Shown here in pieces: positions 35,277 to 48,600 of a stretch of DNA of 64,000 nucleotides. Numbering within the stretch: the stretch's first letter is position 1; each line of letters starts with the position of its first letter. The DNA is from Ylistrum balloti (taxonomy: Eukaryota), in the NCBI RefSeq assembly GCF_031769215.1, contig NW_026782115.1, positions 682,001-746,000 of the forward strand, in the 5' to 3' direction. The notes beneath the pieces were generated by a model. That model did no database searches and was not told where the DNA came from. It saw only the letters and a list, made by a program, of their open reading frames with translations. Made by a program: the position numbers and the translations under genes.

Positions 35277-38200
35277 CTGCGAAAAAAACCAAAATTGTAA
35301 AATTAAAATTCAGAGACAGTTACGTCCGGATCTTGCAATGCATATTTATTTTAGTAATGGATGCAAGTTTACCTGTTATGTATCAAATGGCCGCATGGTA
35401 AGGGATATAACTCCTCTGGAATTTGACCCATTGTCTCACCACAAACACCACAAAAGAGTTCCATCTGCTCCACTAGAGTTCTTGCGGCGCTGCGGTAGGT
35501 GTCAGCCATAGATTGGTTGTCATCATCGCTGTATAGATTCGCTAATGCTACATTACACTGCATGGTCCCGTACTGCAACACACGAATACAAACATAATGT
35601 GATATGAAACAAACAATATCTGCAGCTCAAAAGCACGAAATAAATTGTGATCGAAAGTCAAGGATTTCTGTTTAATCTACAAATCAAACCTCAACTGATT
35701 GATTCAGATTTTATAGCATAAAGATGTCCCCTGACTTTAGGGCGTTCAAAAGTGACACTGATGATGTATTTCATATATTCGTGTACTTTTTTGTCACCAT
35801 GAATACCAGTAACAGAAGCATATTACTATCAAGTCTAATTTAAGTGGTCTTCTCAACCGCAATTGTACATACAGACGGACACTTTGGTTTACTGCTGGTA
35901 AGAAAAAATACCCGAGAAGACTGATGAATTAAAACACATGACGATATATAATACGACGGGTTGCTGAGATTTTTACGACAAAATGTACCACGGAATCCCT
36001 CACAATCCTGTAACAAAATTATGAACTGCTGTTGCCCGTTACGGCATATCTACTCATGACCTCATTTCCGATGCAGTTCGGGAAAACAATGAACATCATA
36101 TTGAGAGTTTATCTCATTGTTCTACCATGCTTACCCTTACTTGAACCATTCCCGATCTCGTGATTGTTACAACAGTTACTAGTTCTATATACGTGTTTTA
36201 TGCTGATACCTCAGATGTACGAGTAAAGTGGTTTGTTGTTGTTTAAGAAGTTTTACTTTACATACCTTCCTTGAATAATCTCAATAAAAAATCAAAGGAG
36301 AGAGAAGAAGGTACGTTGAGGACTAAGGTAGCAATTTAATTTACTTCCACTGGAAGCTTGCTCATATGTTTCGTCTTTTACGAACTAGGCAAATCTTTTC
36401 TAACCTTCCCATTATCCAGTAGCCATTAGAAATATGCGTAGCGTATGTGGGGAAATGGTTCTAAAAATAGCATGCTCGTCTCTAATCCTACCATATTGAG
36501 TGCTTTACATCAATATGTTTGATGAAAATGATAAATTTATGAATATTAAAGCTTATCTTTGCTACACGAGATAAACGTAGTGTACAGGAGTTAAAATTTT
36601 CAAATTCAACGCTAGTCAATACATTTTCAGAATGCAGAGTATGTTTGCTTACAAATGGTTTGCAATCAACCTTTCAATATATCAACTGATAAACTAGATG
36701 AAACATTATTTAATCTGGGGATAATGTCCGAGAAATGTGAAAGTCAGATGAAATATCAGTTAATCTAAGAGAAATGTAAATACCAACATTCACAGCTACG
36801 TTATCGTAGTGGAGGGAAAAGTGTGAATAATAATTCTATACCTTAGGTCACTTGCTAGATTGATTATCAATTATCGCTAATCTCACGTGATTTGTTTTCT
36901 TACCTTGTTCCCAATAGATTCTGATAGGTCCAAAGCTCGCTGGTAGAGTTCCAAAGCCTGGTCAGATAAAACCAATTCATTTCACAAACTTTTAAATGTC
37001 ATCGATGTAATTCTAATCAATCTATACAAATTGTTGATGATATGACGCACCTGTTGACCATGGCACATGGATAAGACGCCAAGTCTAAAATGTTCCTGGA
37101 CAAATATGGAATGAACCGTATAGCCTTAACATATATATCTTTCATGTAGACATATTTCATCACAACTTCTGTTAGAAATGAAAACGTCATTTACTTTATT
37201 TTGTCACAGAACAATTCAAGCTTTATACTTGTTAGCACTAAAGTGATAATAATAATACTTATACAACGAAACCATGTCGACTGTTTTCTAACATCGTAGT
37301 GACGTAATTGTGTCGTGCGTCATTTATATTGTGATAAGCTATGAAATCAGGAAGTGGCAGATTAGTGAAAACTATTATCGTTATATGGCAATAAATCAGT
37401 TTGGTTTTATTGTATAACTGTACATCATATATATATATGCTACACGCTACAGGTACATCTCGTCTTATCGGCTTCTTGAAGTCAATGTAGTCTTTGGATC
37501 TACGTTTGAATGCGTCAACGACATTATTGCCTTCAAATGAAATAAATTATAAACTGATAAGAAGCTTTCCAATTCCCTTTATCTCTGAATAAGTACTGAA
37601 ACCCAGTTTGCTTTATATCATTATATCCCTATTCAAGATAAACTGTTTATTATACTTCTGTGGTATGTATTCATGACCTTTACAACTTTTCTATTACATA
37701 ATCACTTGCTTTTGTCCTCTACGGTAAACCCTTGAACTTCGTTGTATAAATTGATGTTATTCTTTCTCTATGTCATGACCTTGACCTTAGCTATATATAC
37801 CTGATACATGAAACCTGATGTTATTCTTTCTTTGTTTCTCTCTCTTTGTCATGACCTTGACTGACCTAGACCTTAGCTATATGTACGTGATACGCAAATA
37901 TCCTTTCAAAACAGATAACAGTTACGACTTTAACCTTGATTTGAGTTACCTTGACCTTAGTAATACATAATAGTGCTTTGTTTTTCAGATTTGACATCGA
38001 AGTATCAAAATATATTGTTGGTGATAACAATAAAACATTGGCATGATGCTGACCACAAAGAACCCGACCCAATTTGATATTACCTTGACCTATTGAACTA
38101 TAACATTATGCAGACCTGTTGGGTATCTCCAGATAGTGTGGTCGATTTTGCCATCCCGCGTAATGCCTCCATCTGCCCGTACCTGTCGCCAATCTCTGTG

Positions 38201-41200
38201 TAGATAGAGTAGGCTGACTCGTAGCGGGGATTAGCTCGCTGGGTAAAATAAAAGCACAGACTATATAATATTTGTTCTGGTAAAGAATGTTAATCATTTT
38301 TTTCACTGTGTTCATAAGTTCTGATGCTGTACATTTCTACGGGACTTAATTTCTGTGGTTAAAATAATCTCCATTGCGTGGGCACTTTATTTCGAGGATA
38401 GAAATAGCTCTATACATCTCCTTATAGTAATTTTAACAGTTCATGGATATAATTCGTGGAAAAAAGAACCCACGAAATTAATACAAGAAAATTAATCAAT
38501 TTACATGTTACCTATCCACTTTTTGCCTCGTGGTACATAAGGCCCTGGCAGAGCATTATAACATTATATTGATATTATCACATTATAATCATATTATAAA
38601 TCTGGAACTTAAGAGAAAACCTTCAAGAGATATTTTAAAATGCTCGTTTTATTTCCCAGTTTTTAGATTCTACAATTTTAGATTAAATTTTTAGATTTAA
38701 GATAAACCCCTCCCGATATACACAATGCTTTCAACGTTACGCCTTCATGAAATGATTACAAACACTGACCCCAGTAAACAGCAGAGACAAACAACTATAA
38801 ATGGGGCCCCAAATCGACAGAAGAAGCAGTGTTTGCTTTTAAGCTGACAACAGTTTTGTTTTACTTCCACTTACTATTAAGTATTGTTGTGTAAAGAATG
38901 CTTTTGGTTAAAAGTTCTCTAGGTTATTTTATAGTATTATCTTCATATGATATTGATCATGTATCTTTACAACAAACGATTGGAATAATGAAGCGTTAGA
39001 TGACCGCTCTCAAGGCAGGTTAGAGATTCCAGAAGTAATTACTACACATTCCTGGTAAATTGGCATAAGGAACATAATACACGTGATAGATTTGCAGTTT
39101 CCTTCACTTAAAGACATCAAAAGTAACAACCTCCCTTTCTAGAGTAATTTTCCCACCGGTTTGTTTCACACATTACATTGGCTTTTTAATATCCAGACCG
39201 TTCCTCGGCGCAATAGTCCGGATCATAAAACCCTTCTTTCATTAAGGTTGTGATAAGCTATCCCCCGCCCAATACAGTTTGTATAGGATAGATACATAGA
39301 GGATAAATCGTTGATATGTACATCGGCAATGGACCTGTGATATGCTAGTTATTTCTCTTGGCTAAATCTATCAAGGCCTATTTATTTTACGTAAAGTGGC
39401 TCTGCGGAAGAGAGGGATATAAATAGAATTGTTTGAATTTGAAGTATATGTACGTTTATAAACAAACTACATGTTTAAATAGCTTAAGTATTACCCCAGT
39501 TGACCTCATCTAGATGTTCGTGACTACTTTAGATATAAATTGTTTAGATTACTCCGCCTGTGATGATTACCAGTTTTTTACCTCCGTATCCTTCCGCGTT
39601 CGATGAATCTCGGCGAATGTAAATAGACACTTTGCCTGAACTGGACGATCTTTACACTGCATAGCCATCTTCAAGGCATCCTGGAGGATAAAACGTTTAG
39701 GGTAAAGAGTGCAATAGAGATACTACAATCAGAAGGATATGAGTAATACAACCACACATTTCTCTCGCAACGGAACACAATTACACATTATATCTTTATT
39801 TTGGGAATTAACTCTTATTGAGTGGATCTGCTTTTATTCGCTGCGTCTTTGAAAGATTCATCTGATTTAGAATTACAATGGTAATGAAATGATTAATTTA
39901 TATATATATTATTTCAATATCTGTCTTATGATTGTTCGTTATACTTTTACTAATTGATAATAACAAAAGCTAAATAAGTTATTTAGAGGAAGCCGCTTGT
40001 GATATAAAGTAATGATGATAAAACAAGAGCAGGGTGTGCCAGAAGGACTAGAAAATGCGTAACCTTCCGGAACCTTTGTATTTGAATTATGATCCCGTTA
40101 ACATGTCTGTATTTTCTTTGTTGTATTATAGATTGCTGGTTCTATACGTCAAGCGATCACACAAATACTGTAAAAATCGTGCTACCTTGAATGTGAACAT
40201 AACAAGAAAGCATTCATCCACTTCCGCGCAAAAAATACCTCTCTAAACCACGAAAATGTGAACCATCGAAAAACGGCCTACACAGTAGTTATATTATATA
40301 ATGACACACACAAGTTTTTTATTACTCGCGCATAAAAAAGATTAATCTTGTTGACGAAAGCATTTTTTTTCGTCTTCTCTGTGATTCTAAATAACATATA
40401 AAGATTACTTTCTTGTGGTGCTATGTGACATCAGAAGTCTCTCCACATGTTAACCATTTAGATTTTTATGTTGGGCGTAATAGAGGTGTATATGGATATT
40501 ACATAATATCAGACAAAGTGTCATGATCCGCATATCTGTATTCTCTGGTGATACAGAAGGAATGCCTGGTGCGAGGGCGTGAACGTGTCATGTTTGGCAC
40601 TCTAAGACAATCAGACGTGTTATTTTTTATCGTCTCTGTCGACCCTAGTTCTCACAACGTACAGGGTAAAGTATTTCCATGTCTTTTAAAGGCTCAAGGG
40701 TTAAACATTAACATCAAAACAAGTTTTCCTTGTATGAATTTTTCTTTATCATGCCAGCCTTCTCACGCACTTCGGCAATGTTACTGTCATTTCATTGTCA
40801 GTATTGTCCTGCATACCATCTCTATCAAAAGAATATGTTACCCACTGCTGTTTCGTAGCTGCGAAATTGTAACTGACATTACTTGTTTTCTAGCTTGTTG
40901 TGATAACTTGCTGATACAAATATATTTTATATGTACATTATGTGTTCTAGAAATATTTTCAACTATTGACGTGGTTTAACGTCTTCGCAATAACCAGGTT
41001 CAACAGTGAACGGGGGTCTAGAGGGACACTGAGTGTTGGAAATAAAACAAGGAAATAGTAAGAAGGGTAAAGATAGGAGGCTATTAAGATATGAGGTGTT
41101 GTAAAGGGAGTTGCAGATTGAGTTTGGTCCCCGCAATGCCCCCGCACCCTAGAAGAAGATCTGACTAAATGATAGAAACCTTCTATTCTGCAGGTGGACC

Positions 41201-44200
41201 CCTTTTTAGTCACAACATACGAACATGTAGTGAAATACAACAGACCCTTTTCTTGGATCCTCCATAAACAGAAAATATCCAAAAAATTATCCACAATATG
41301 TTGGTCGCCTCGCACGACATGTAATGAGAAACGGTTTCTTGTTATAAAATAAAAGTTTACATTTCTTTCTAACATATAGCAGTTCTTACATTCGATACAA
41401 GTACTTATGTGGTTTATGTTAAATAGTAAATTATTTAACGCCTTTCAGCTGAAATGTTTTCATGGAAAACTGCTAACTTAAAATACGTATATATATATAT
41501 ATATAGGTTTAAAATGTGTATGGTTAGTATGAAATTGTTTACATATGTGTTTAAAGAAATAAATAAAAATTAGTAAGTTTTTTTTTTTTAATTCTGTCAA
41601 TAATTCATAATACGCTTGTACAGTTTGAACAAATAAGCGCCCGGAATAGTAATTGTTCCAAGATGTTATACAATCCTAACACTTCATGTTATAATCACTC
41701 AAACACAAGCAGGAATAGGTAACAAAGTTAAATATCTCAAGCTGAGAGAATTGGGATTATTGTATCTTTTGTAAATTAAAGATTTTCACTCGTGTGAAGT
41801 GTACTTATCTCAGTTATTTCATAGGTGTTTCTTATTATAGCTGCCTATACTTAGCGCCGAGTCATACCGCAGCGCCCTATTACCACCGCTGGTATTTCAC
41901 GTTCAGACGCGAATTCCTACATCACAGAAGAAACGTTCACATTTCATCCGTAACTTGCAAAGAATATACACATAATATTTCAGATGACACGCATGATTAG
42001 ATGTCGATAACAGGTCAAATAACATTGAGGGTAAGATGAATATTATCCGGTATAATGTCGCGCCCTATTTCCGATTTCTGGATCACCATTAAGATGAGGT
42101 TGACTTGAATCGGTGGCACTGGGTCAAAACACAAAGTGTTATGTACATCTGGGAACTCAATTACGATAGCAACACAATAGACATGAAACATTGATTTTCT
42201 TAAAAAAGTATTTCTTCTTTAAAAATGGAGATTTGAAAGTAATGATATGCAACAGCATTGAATATATACGCATAGTATCAAACTGATATTGAACTTACTT
42301 AAATAACACAGACGGATAACGAACGTATGTAGAATTCTGTTTCATGTTTCAGTATTTCGATAGTGTACCATTTTCCTTACTTCTGAAATATCGCTTAAAA
42401 TCTGCAGTCAACGCGTCTTTGGTTTTCACTAACGAGGCTAATCTTAAGTGGGTTTTTTTTTAACAAGAGCCCACGAAAAAAATCGTTACGTGCAATTTCA
42501 CGCGTAAAGACCTATGGCTCTAGACAGGGCGTGGCCTCTACCCCAGTAATGGCCTCATCACTCATGTGTATGTTAGCGCGGGCTAGCACAAGCACCTGAG
42601 AATGTATGGTTACGTCGGGCGCCACATGCCGTCCCCAGAACAGATTAATAAAGAGTATTTAGGATGCATATCGTCTCGTTATCGCCTTTATTCCGTTATC
42701 AGCGGTATTTTAATGAATTTCTATCAATTGTCCTATTTTTTTTTTGATGTCATCACTCATCAAATTGTTCTATTCTGATATTCTAACTTTTCTAAAGTTT
42801 TCTTCTCTGATAGGGGTTCAAATTCGAAATCATATTTTATTTCTTAAATTTTCTCTTTGACAATGAGTAATTAACAAATTATCAAATATTAACAGTACCT
42901 GTCAAATTGATTATACAAATATGTCTTTTGTAAACTTTTCAACACGGATATCTGAATAACTGAAATTTCATCGTTTAAAATGGATGCTTTCCGATGGAGA
43001 TGCAAGATGGCTTTGTAGATACTCGTTATGATTACATTTCCATAGGTCGGGTAAGTCCCGGTTGTGTTAAAAGTAAAGAAAAACATGGAATTTTAAACGG
43101 TATTTAAAATATTCTTTTTTCATATTATTATGAGAGTATCAGTAAAGGAAATCTTTGCAACCTTCAATAATGCATGAAAGCGAGAAACAGTTCCTAAATT
43201 GATAGATAATAATCCGTTTAAAGCATGAAGTGTTGTAATTTAAATGCGTTTAGTTTCTTTAGTCTAAATACCGAAACGGTTGATTATATGTTATAATATT
43301 TTAAGTGTCCGTTGAAAAAGTGATTGTTCCCCGAGAGATTAAACAACGCGTGGTTGTGGTATATGGTTGTTCTTTTACACGAGTTTTAGTGGGTTTTTGT
43401 AACGTTTTCAACATAGCGAACGAGAGAGAAAGAAACACGCTACACAACAACCACGAGTTTGTGAGACTTTCTTCTACGACAATAAAAAATATCATGGAGT
43501 TGAATAGATCTGCTCTGTACCCAAGTATGTTTTGTTTATATACGCAAAACTGACCATTCCAGAAATATTGTAATTCACTACAAATTACAATCAGAAATAA
43601 ACTGGTTATCATCAAAAGAACTTTACTGGTAGAGGGAGGGGTAGAAATCCAAATACATGTCAAATTATTACAAAAACAACCGTTAACTACTTATTGTACG
43701 TTCTTATTTCCACGAGTGCGTGAAATGCCCTTTCGGTCAAAGTTCATCTTGTCGTCAGCATATCAAAACATGCTAAACTGCTATTTTACGTAACAACTAA
43801 AACTATTGATTGATGCCCGGAGAGTTGAATAACATCCTGTCTATTGAGGTAGAAAGAAAATTAATTTAGATTAACCAATTCTAATGTCTTTATAGTGGGA
43901 TTAGTGATCAGTCCGCAATCCAATGTAATTTGAAGGTAAAAAGTTGAGTCATATCAGTTTTAAAATTTCACTAGAAGCAGTTCGTAGACCCTGCTGGTGG
44001 ACATAAAGCCTTGAAACTTGCTATAACCTGCACGCCATATTTTTATTCATTCAAATAGTGGCACTAAACCGACTATACACATGTCCACGACGTTGTTCCA
44101 AAATTATCTGATAAAATAAAAATTACGAAATTTATTTAATTATTGCGCTAGTGCAATTCTCCGCCTTGATTTTCACGTTCTTTTCGATCACATTAGATTT

Positions 44201-47200
44201 TCCTCAATCGACTCATAGGCTTCAAAATCTAGCCCTTGGCATCACTGACGAGTCTTAGAAGGACGAAACAGCTGTATGATGCAGTTCAATTCATTGTTTG
44301 ACTCTACTGTATAAAAAATTCACTTTTGTACCATCTTAGTTCATAGTTTCGATGACTGGTGGTTGTGGAATTGAAGAACGATAACCGATGTATTATTATC
44401 TACATAATTAGCAGATAGATTTCATAGCTCGGTAAAATCATTAAGCGTGATGTTATGTGATCAGTTCAGTGTCTAAGATGCGTTCATCATCATCTTTACA
44501 TCGTTACTGTGGCAATTAGAACAATGTAAATATCAATAACTAAACAAAGTCTCCTCCTTTTTGTTCTTTTTTTTCAATATCGGTGTTGCTTCATTTCCCA
44601 ACATAATAGTGATGTAAGTTTACATGGAGACTAACCCTCTCTTTGCTGACTTGTTTTACATACAAATGTGATTGAAATTATTCGAAGAATCATTCAAACA
44701 GATAACATAGACCTTGCCAAGCTGCTTAATTACTCTAGTGAATATACATTTCGTTTGTCTTGTTTTTCAATGAACAATTAGATTAATTAAATATGTTTAT
44801 TAGGAGATAGTCCGACCAACTTGGAGAAATGACATAACAGGCTATTTCACGTAACACTATCAACAAGGACAGGATTTCAACAAGCTGTATGAAATATGTG
44901 ATGATTTCAATTTCCTTTTTTGAATCCTGCTCCCAAATCTAAGGTCTTTACATGTTGTAGCTGATTTGACATATTTGGAATTTCTTCATTCCTCCATGAT
45001 CGCAAAAAGTCCCAACAGACGATTTGGAACGTTACAGTTTGATAAAAGCCACGAGAAAGTTTAAAGGTCGTCATAACGATTTCATAGCTGAATTTCTTTC
45101 TTGTGTTTTAAAATCTTAAATATGCTTGAAGCTTTCTATATGTTAATTGGTTCTCATTTGGGAATGGTTGTCGCCGATGGAATAGGAGACGCTTCTACTT
45201 CCTGAACGCCATGCTAGGTAGTTTATGCCATAATAGTAATCAGGTTACTAGTCCCTGTGTTTATTTGACGAATTTTGTCGTTGTATGCTCTTAATAACTT
45301 AAACTTATACTCAGAAATATCCAAGAAACAAACAGTTTCAGATTTATTTCATTTTTCACATACTAAAATATCTAGAGGGAGGAGCTAGTCTAGCAAAGTG
45401 ACCACTGGTCAGTGTCTTCTATTGCTTAAGTATCTTAGTAGCGGTGTCTTAGGTCCAATTAGCTACATCACTTATGATTGCCTTTAATACTTAGTAGTTA
45501 TTGTAAGTAGACATAAAAATGCATTACAGGCTGCCGGAATGTACTTTTTGTAAAGCGTAGGGCTTTAAGAGGTTACAAACCACTAAAGAGGTCTTCCAAC
45601 GATTGAAGTTGAGCTATTTGCGTTCTGATCCATTACATTTATTCACTAATAGGAATTTGACCACATGCTGTTAAATTAAAATAGAATTTATATGAAATTT
45701 TGTTTACATGTATTAAAATAATGAATAAATTTCAAAAAAAAAAAAAAAAAAACAGAATAAATATTTGAAAGTTTTGGAAATTTAGCAGTATCTGTAAGAA
45801 TACACTCTGGTGTAGACCTCCTGAAATACCGACAAATTTCCAAGGAGATAACTGATAGTCTGTACAGTTTGCAAATTGAACTTCTGAAAGTAAGGGAGAA
45901 TGTATATCACTTTCACTTCTCGTAATAGACTCCCCAGCTTTAACGCCTGCCCTTATTATCCCATATCCTAGTAACCTTTCCGAACTGTTCTAATTACTAA
46001 TCCTTTTTACGTGTCACTGAAGGACTAGGTTAGCGTAGCGTAACACAGTAATTTGCCCTACATGTATTTCAAATTTTGAATATAGGTCAAACAAACATTG
46101 GTGAAATTCTCGGAGTAAATGTGAGATATTCTTGATAAGGATGGAGGCATTGATTACAAGAAACAGCGGGGAGTTCCCTACCGTAGACTACATAACATAT
46201 ATCAAGTCACAATCCGCCTCCACAACCACTAAATGCACAGTGTAAACCTTTCATTGGCGACTTTTTCCCTTTCATTGTCATGTAGCTGTGTTTAAACATG
46301 TAAGAACAAAGTAAAATTGCTGAAATCAGATGATATGTGTAGGATGTTTATACCGGTATATCGTAGAACTTGTATATTTTGGAAACTTCGTAAGCAAATA
46401 TGTAAAACAAACTGCAGACATTTAAGACCATGTGTATACATTAGGTTGTAAGTGAATATACGTACTCCATTCATAATTGCATAAATCGGACCCAAAATAG
46501 GTATCAGTGTTGGTCAGTGTATAAAAAAAACTCTCACGGTGCAAAATACTTGTATTCACTGATGGATAAACTGTCATCACGTGATTGAAGATTAATCTTA
46601 GGTTATGATTGACATTTTAAACATTTCGACCGTAGTCCATTATTCAGAAACACTGTCGGAACTTTTTCCACATGTTAGTCGGGAACCAGTTAAAAAGAAC
46701 CAGTGTATGTATTCACATACCTATATATTGAGCACCCTACTTTTTGTAAATCGATCGAAAATAATTTGTTTGGTTTAATGTTGCTTTACTTCCTTTTAAC
46801 AGTCGGGGTCATTTCAGGGCGTGCCAGATTTGGGTGGCGAAGGAAAGTCGGCGTTTCTGGAGGAAAACCTGGAGACTGCCCATTATAGACCTCGAACCCG
46901 TGACTTAGAGGTGTAGGGCTAATGATAAAGACAATGAGACGCCTAAAACACTCGACCAACGCCGAGAAAAAACCTTTAAGTTGTTCTGGTGACGACAGTA
47001 TGTTATGTATGTTCCTACTTTTTAAGGAACAAACACACTAACCCTTTCCCTGGTGTTGTCAACGGCGGTGCTTCATGACTCCATATGTACAAAACCAGTC
47101 GCTCACTAACACTATACCCCCTTTCAGTAAACACATATAACCGGCCAAGACTTAAAACAAAACAGCATACAGATATTTTTCCTTTCATCTCAGCTGACAT

Positions 47201-48600
47201 TTTGTCATGTTTGTCTTTTTTCTAAACATTTTTAGTTTTTTAAAATCCTCGACCGAATGGTTTATTGCTAAGAAAAGACAAAACTAATAATGGAACAGAT
47301 TCCTGTTCTATCGCGGGCAGATATCTGTATCCTGTATGAGCGATAACTGTCGTACACTGGACAGATAAACACAGGGCTATTTGATAGCATATCTTAAGGA
47401 TTGTTAAACGGTTGGCATATCTGCTTAATGTTTGGAGTTCTGATAAATGGTATCGTTATTCAGAAACATAGGTACATATATATAAACAGAGCGACATAAA
47501 TCTGCAGTTAAGTGATAATCAGACAGTGCCGGCTACTGTTATATAGCATATTAAAGATCCGGATTTTGTTTTCATGTGCTAAAGTTAGATGAACACTCAT
47601 GTTCAAACGGGATGTGTGAACAGTTTTATTCTGTGTTCTATTTGCAAAGTTTGCCGATTATTTCTTTAATGTTAGAGTTTTCATCAAACGCTTTGATAAA
47701 ATCTAGTGAAACGTTGTTTGCGCGACTATAAAGCGATGCTGAAGAGCGTTCAAGCTGTATGTTTTTATCAGTATATTTGCTTTACAATACTTTTTTTAAT
47801 ACTGGAAATTGCAACCCAAAAAAAATCTTCGTAAAGTACATATAAAGTAACAAACGTGCTCTTCGCGAGCTTTATTTTCTTCTTACTGTTAGAACAGGAC
47901 CTACCTCACATGTTTCCATGGCGTCGTTTTGCCTCCCTTTGCGGAAGTAGGGGACAGCCAGACACACCTCCAGGAGGCGCTGATATTGGTCCAAATTGTC
48001 CGTGTCATTCTGTCCGTGTAAAGTGTCCAGAGCACGCTCGAAGTAGTAGAGAGCGGTGTCATAATCTCTCAGAGCTGTGAACAATGTACCAAAACTTGCG
48101 TTCGCCAATATATCTAAGCGCTTGTCTTTCGTCTGTCGAGCGATTGCCAAACTGAGATCAATATTTTTACAGCAATTACAAAAATCACTCAATCCGAAAT
48201 AAGCGTTCCCTAGGCATAAATGAGAGTATCCAAGAATGTTCGAATGTTTAGAGTTGACGGTTATGCTTTCTTTACAAAATAAAACAGCTTTATCAAACAG
48301 CGAAAGTCGCTCATTCCCACGAGCTAGATTAAAGAATGCTTCCGCTTTCATACAGGAATCTTTTAAACTATTTGCTATGTCAATCTGATGGTCTGCATAT
48401 CGTAAAATGTCGCGGTATTTTCCTGTGTCGTAATAAATTGTACAGAGATATCCGTATATAACGAACTTGTCCGCGGATTTTTCCGTTTTATTCGTTTTTT
48501 TCAGGACATTGAGGAATTCCATAGCAGCTTCCTCAAACAGTTGTTCTTTGTAATGTTCAAGGCCTTTCTCCACGCCTTTCTTCCCGACCTTTTGTCCCAT
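35171..48600 (-). CDS. RAPSN: Rapsyn (43 kDa receptor-associated protein of the synapse) orthologue, 425 aa, 6 coding exons
   Basis: complement(join(47905-48600, 39582-39680, 38116-38238, 36904-36957, 35373-35572, 35171-35276)) = 1278 nt, all introns GT-AG. Features: N-terminal MGQ (Gly2 myristoylation site), TPR repeats, and C-terminal RING-H2 (CGVC...LPCGHLIHNRC...CPSC). It is collinear with vertebrate rapsyn, e.g. AMETCE|DALKMA...DRPVQAKCL vs AMECCE|ESMKIA...DRPLQALCL. Confidence 0.96.
35373..35572 (-). CDS. RAPSN: Rapsyn coding exon 5 (200 nt; coiled coil and RING start)
   Basis: YGTMQCNVALANLY...VEQMELFCGVCGETMGQIPEELYPLPCGHLIHNR. Splice sites ttgcag| and |gtaaac. Confidence 0.95.
36904..36957 (-). 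CDS. RAPSN: Rapsyn coding exon 4 (54 nt)
   Basis: ALELYQRALDLSESIGNK. Splice sites gaccag| and |gtaaga. Confidence 0.94.
37754..38095. repeat. TGACCTTGA(CCT)-rich degenerate repeat with a local 65-75 bp duplication
   Basis: gatgttattctttc...tgtcatgaccttgac...ccttagctatat occurs twice (about 37754 and 37818), with further accttgacct copies near 37950 and 38082. Probably a fossil of a non-autonomous DNA element. Confidence 0.6.
38116..38238 (-). CDS. RAPSN: Rapsyn coding exon 3 (123 nt)
   Basis: RANPRYESAYSIYTEIGDRYGQMEALRGMAKSTTLSGDTQQ. Splice sites acccag| and |gtctgc. Confidence 0.94.
39582..39680 (-). CDS. RAPSN: Rapsyn coding exon 2 (99 nt)
   Basis: DALKMAMQCKDRPVQAKCLFTFAEIHRTRKDTE. 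Splice sites cctccag| and |gtaaaa. Confidence 0.94.
44239..44282 (+). ncRNA. Minimal type I hammerhead ribozyme motif
   Basis: GCATCA-CTGACGA-GTCTT-AGA-AGGAC-GAA-AC-AGCT-GT-A-TGATGC. Stem I is 6 perfect bp; the core is CUGAcGA plus GAAA; stem II starts with G-C; stem III is short with palindrome ACAGCUGU; cleavage triplet GUA (cut after 44276). Confidence 0.85.
46765..46964 (-). mobile_element. tRNA-derived SINE, second family, degenerate
   Basis: Minus strand has box A-like TGGTCGAGTG and box B-like GGTTCGAG, a ggttttcctccagaaacgccgactttccttc core, and a tail ending in aaacaaa-type repeats. Confidence 0.7.
47905..48600 (-). CDS. RAPSN: Rapsyn coding exon 1
   Basis: MGQKVGKKGVEKGLEHY...GRQNDAMETCE; donor GAG|gtaggt. 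An acceptor ttttacttccag at 48639-48640 implies an upstream non-coding exon. Confidence 0.96.

Noticed and set aside
35990-36140. VARYGIS peptide and tgcttaccctt, resembling a Penelope-like 3' end
   Set aside because: Too short and degenerate to support without a search.
36461-36470. Perfect MEF2 site CTAAAAATAG in a rapsyn intron
   Set aside because: A single AT-rich decamer is expected by chance in this composition.
40548-41375. 143-aa and 138-aa ORFs in a rapsyn intron
   Set aside because: No recognisable domain, non-ATG starts, no supporting splice structure.
43729-43758. Minus-strand CTGACGA...CGAAA hammerhead-like core
   Set aside because: The stem II closing pair would be C-C, and no stem I or III can be formed.
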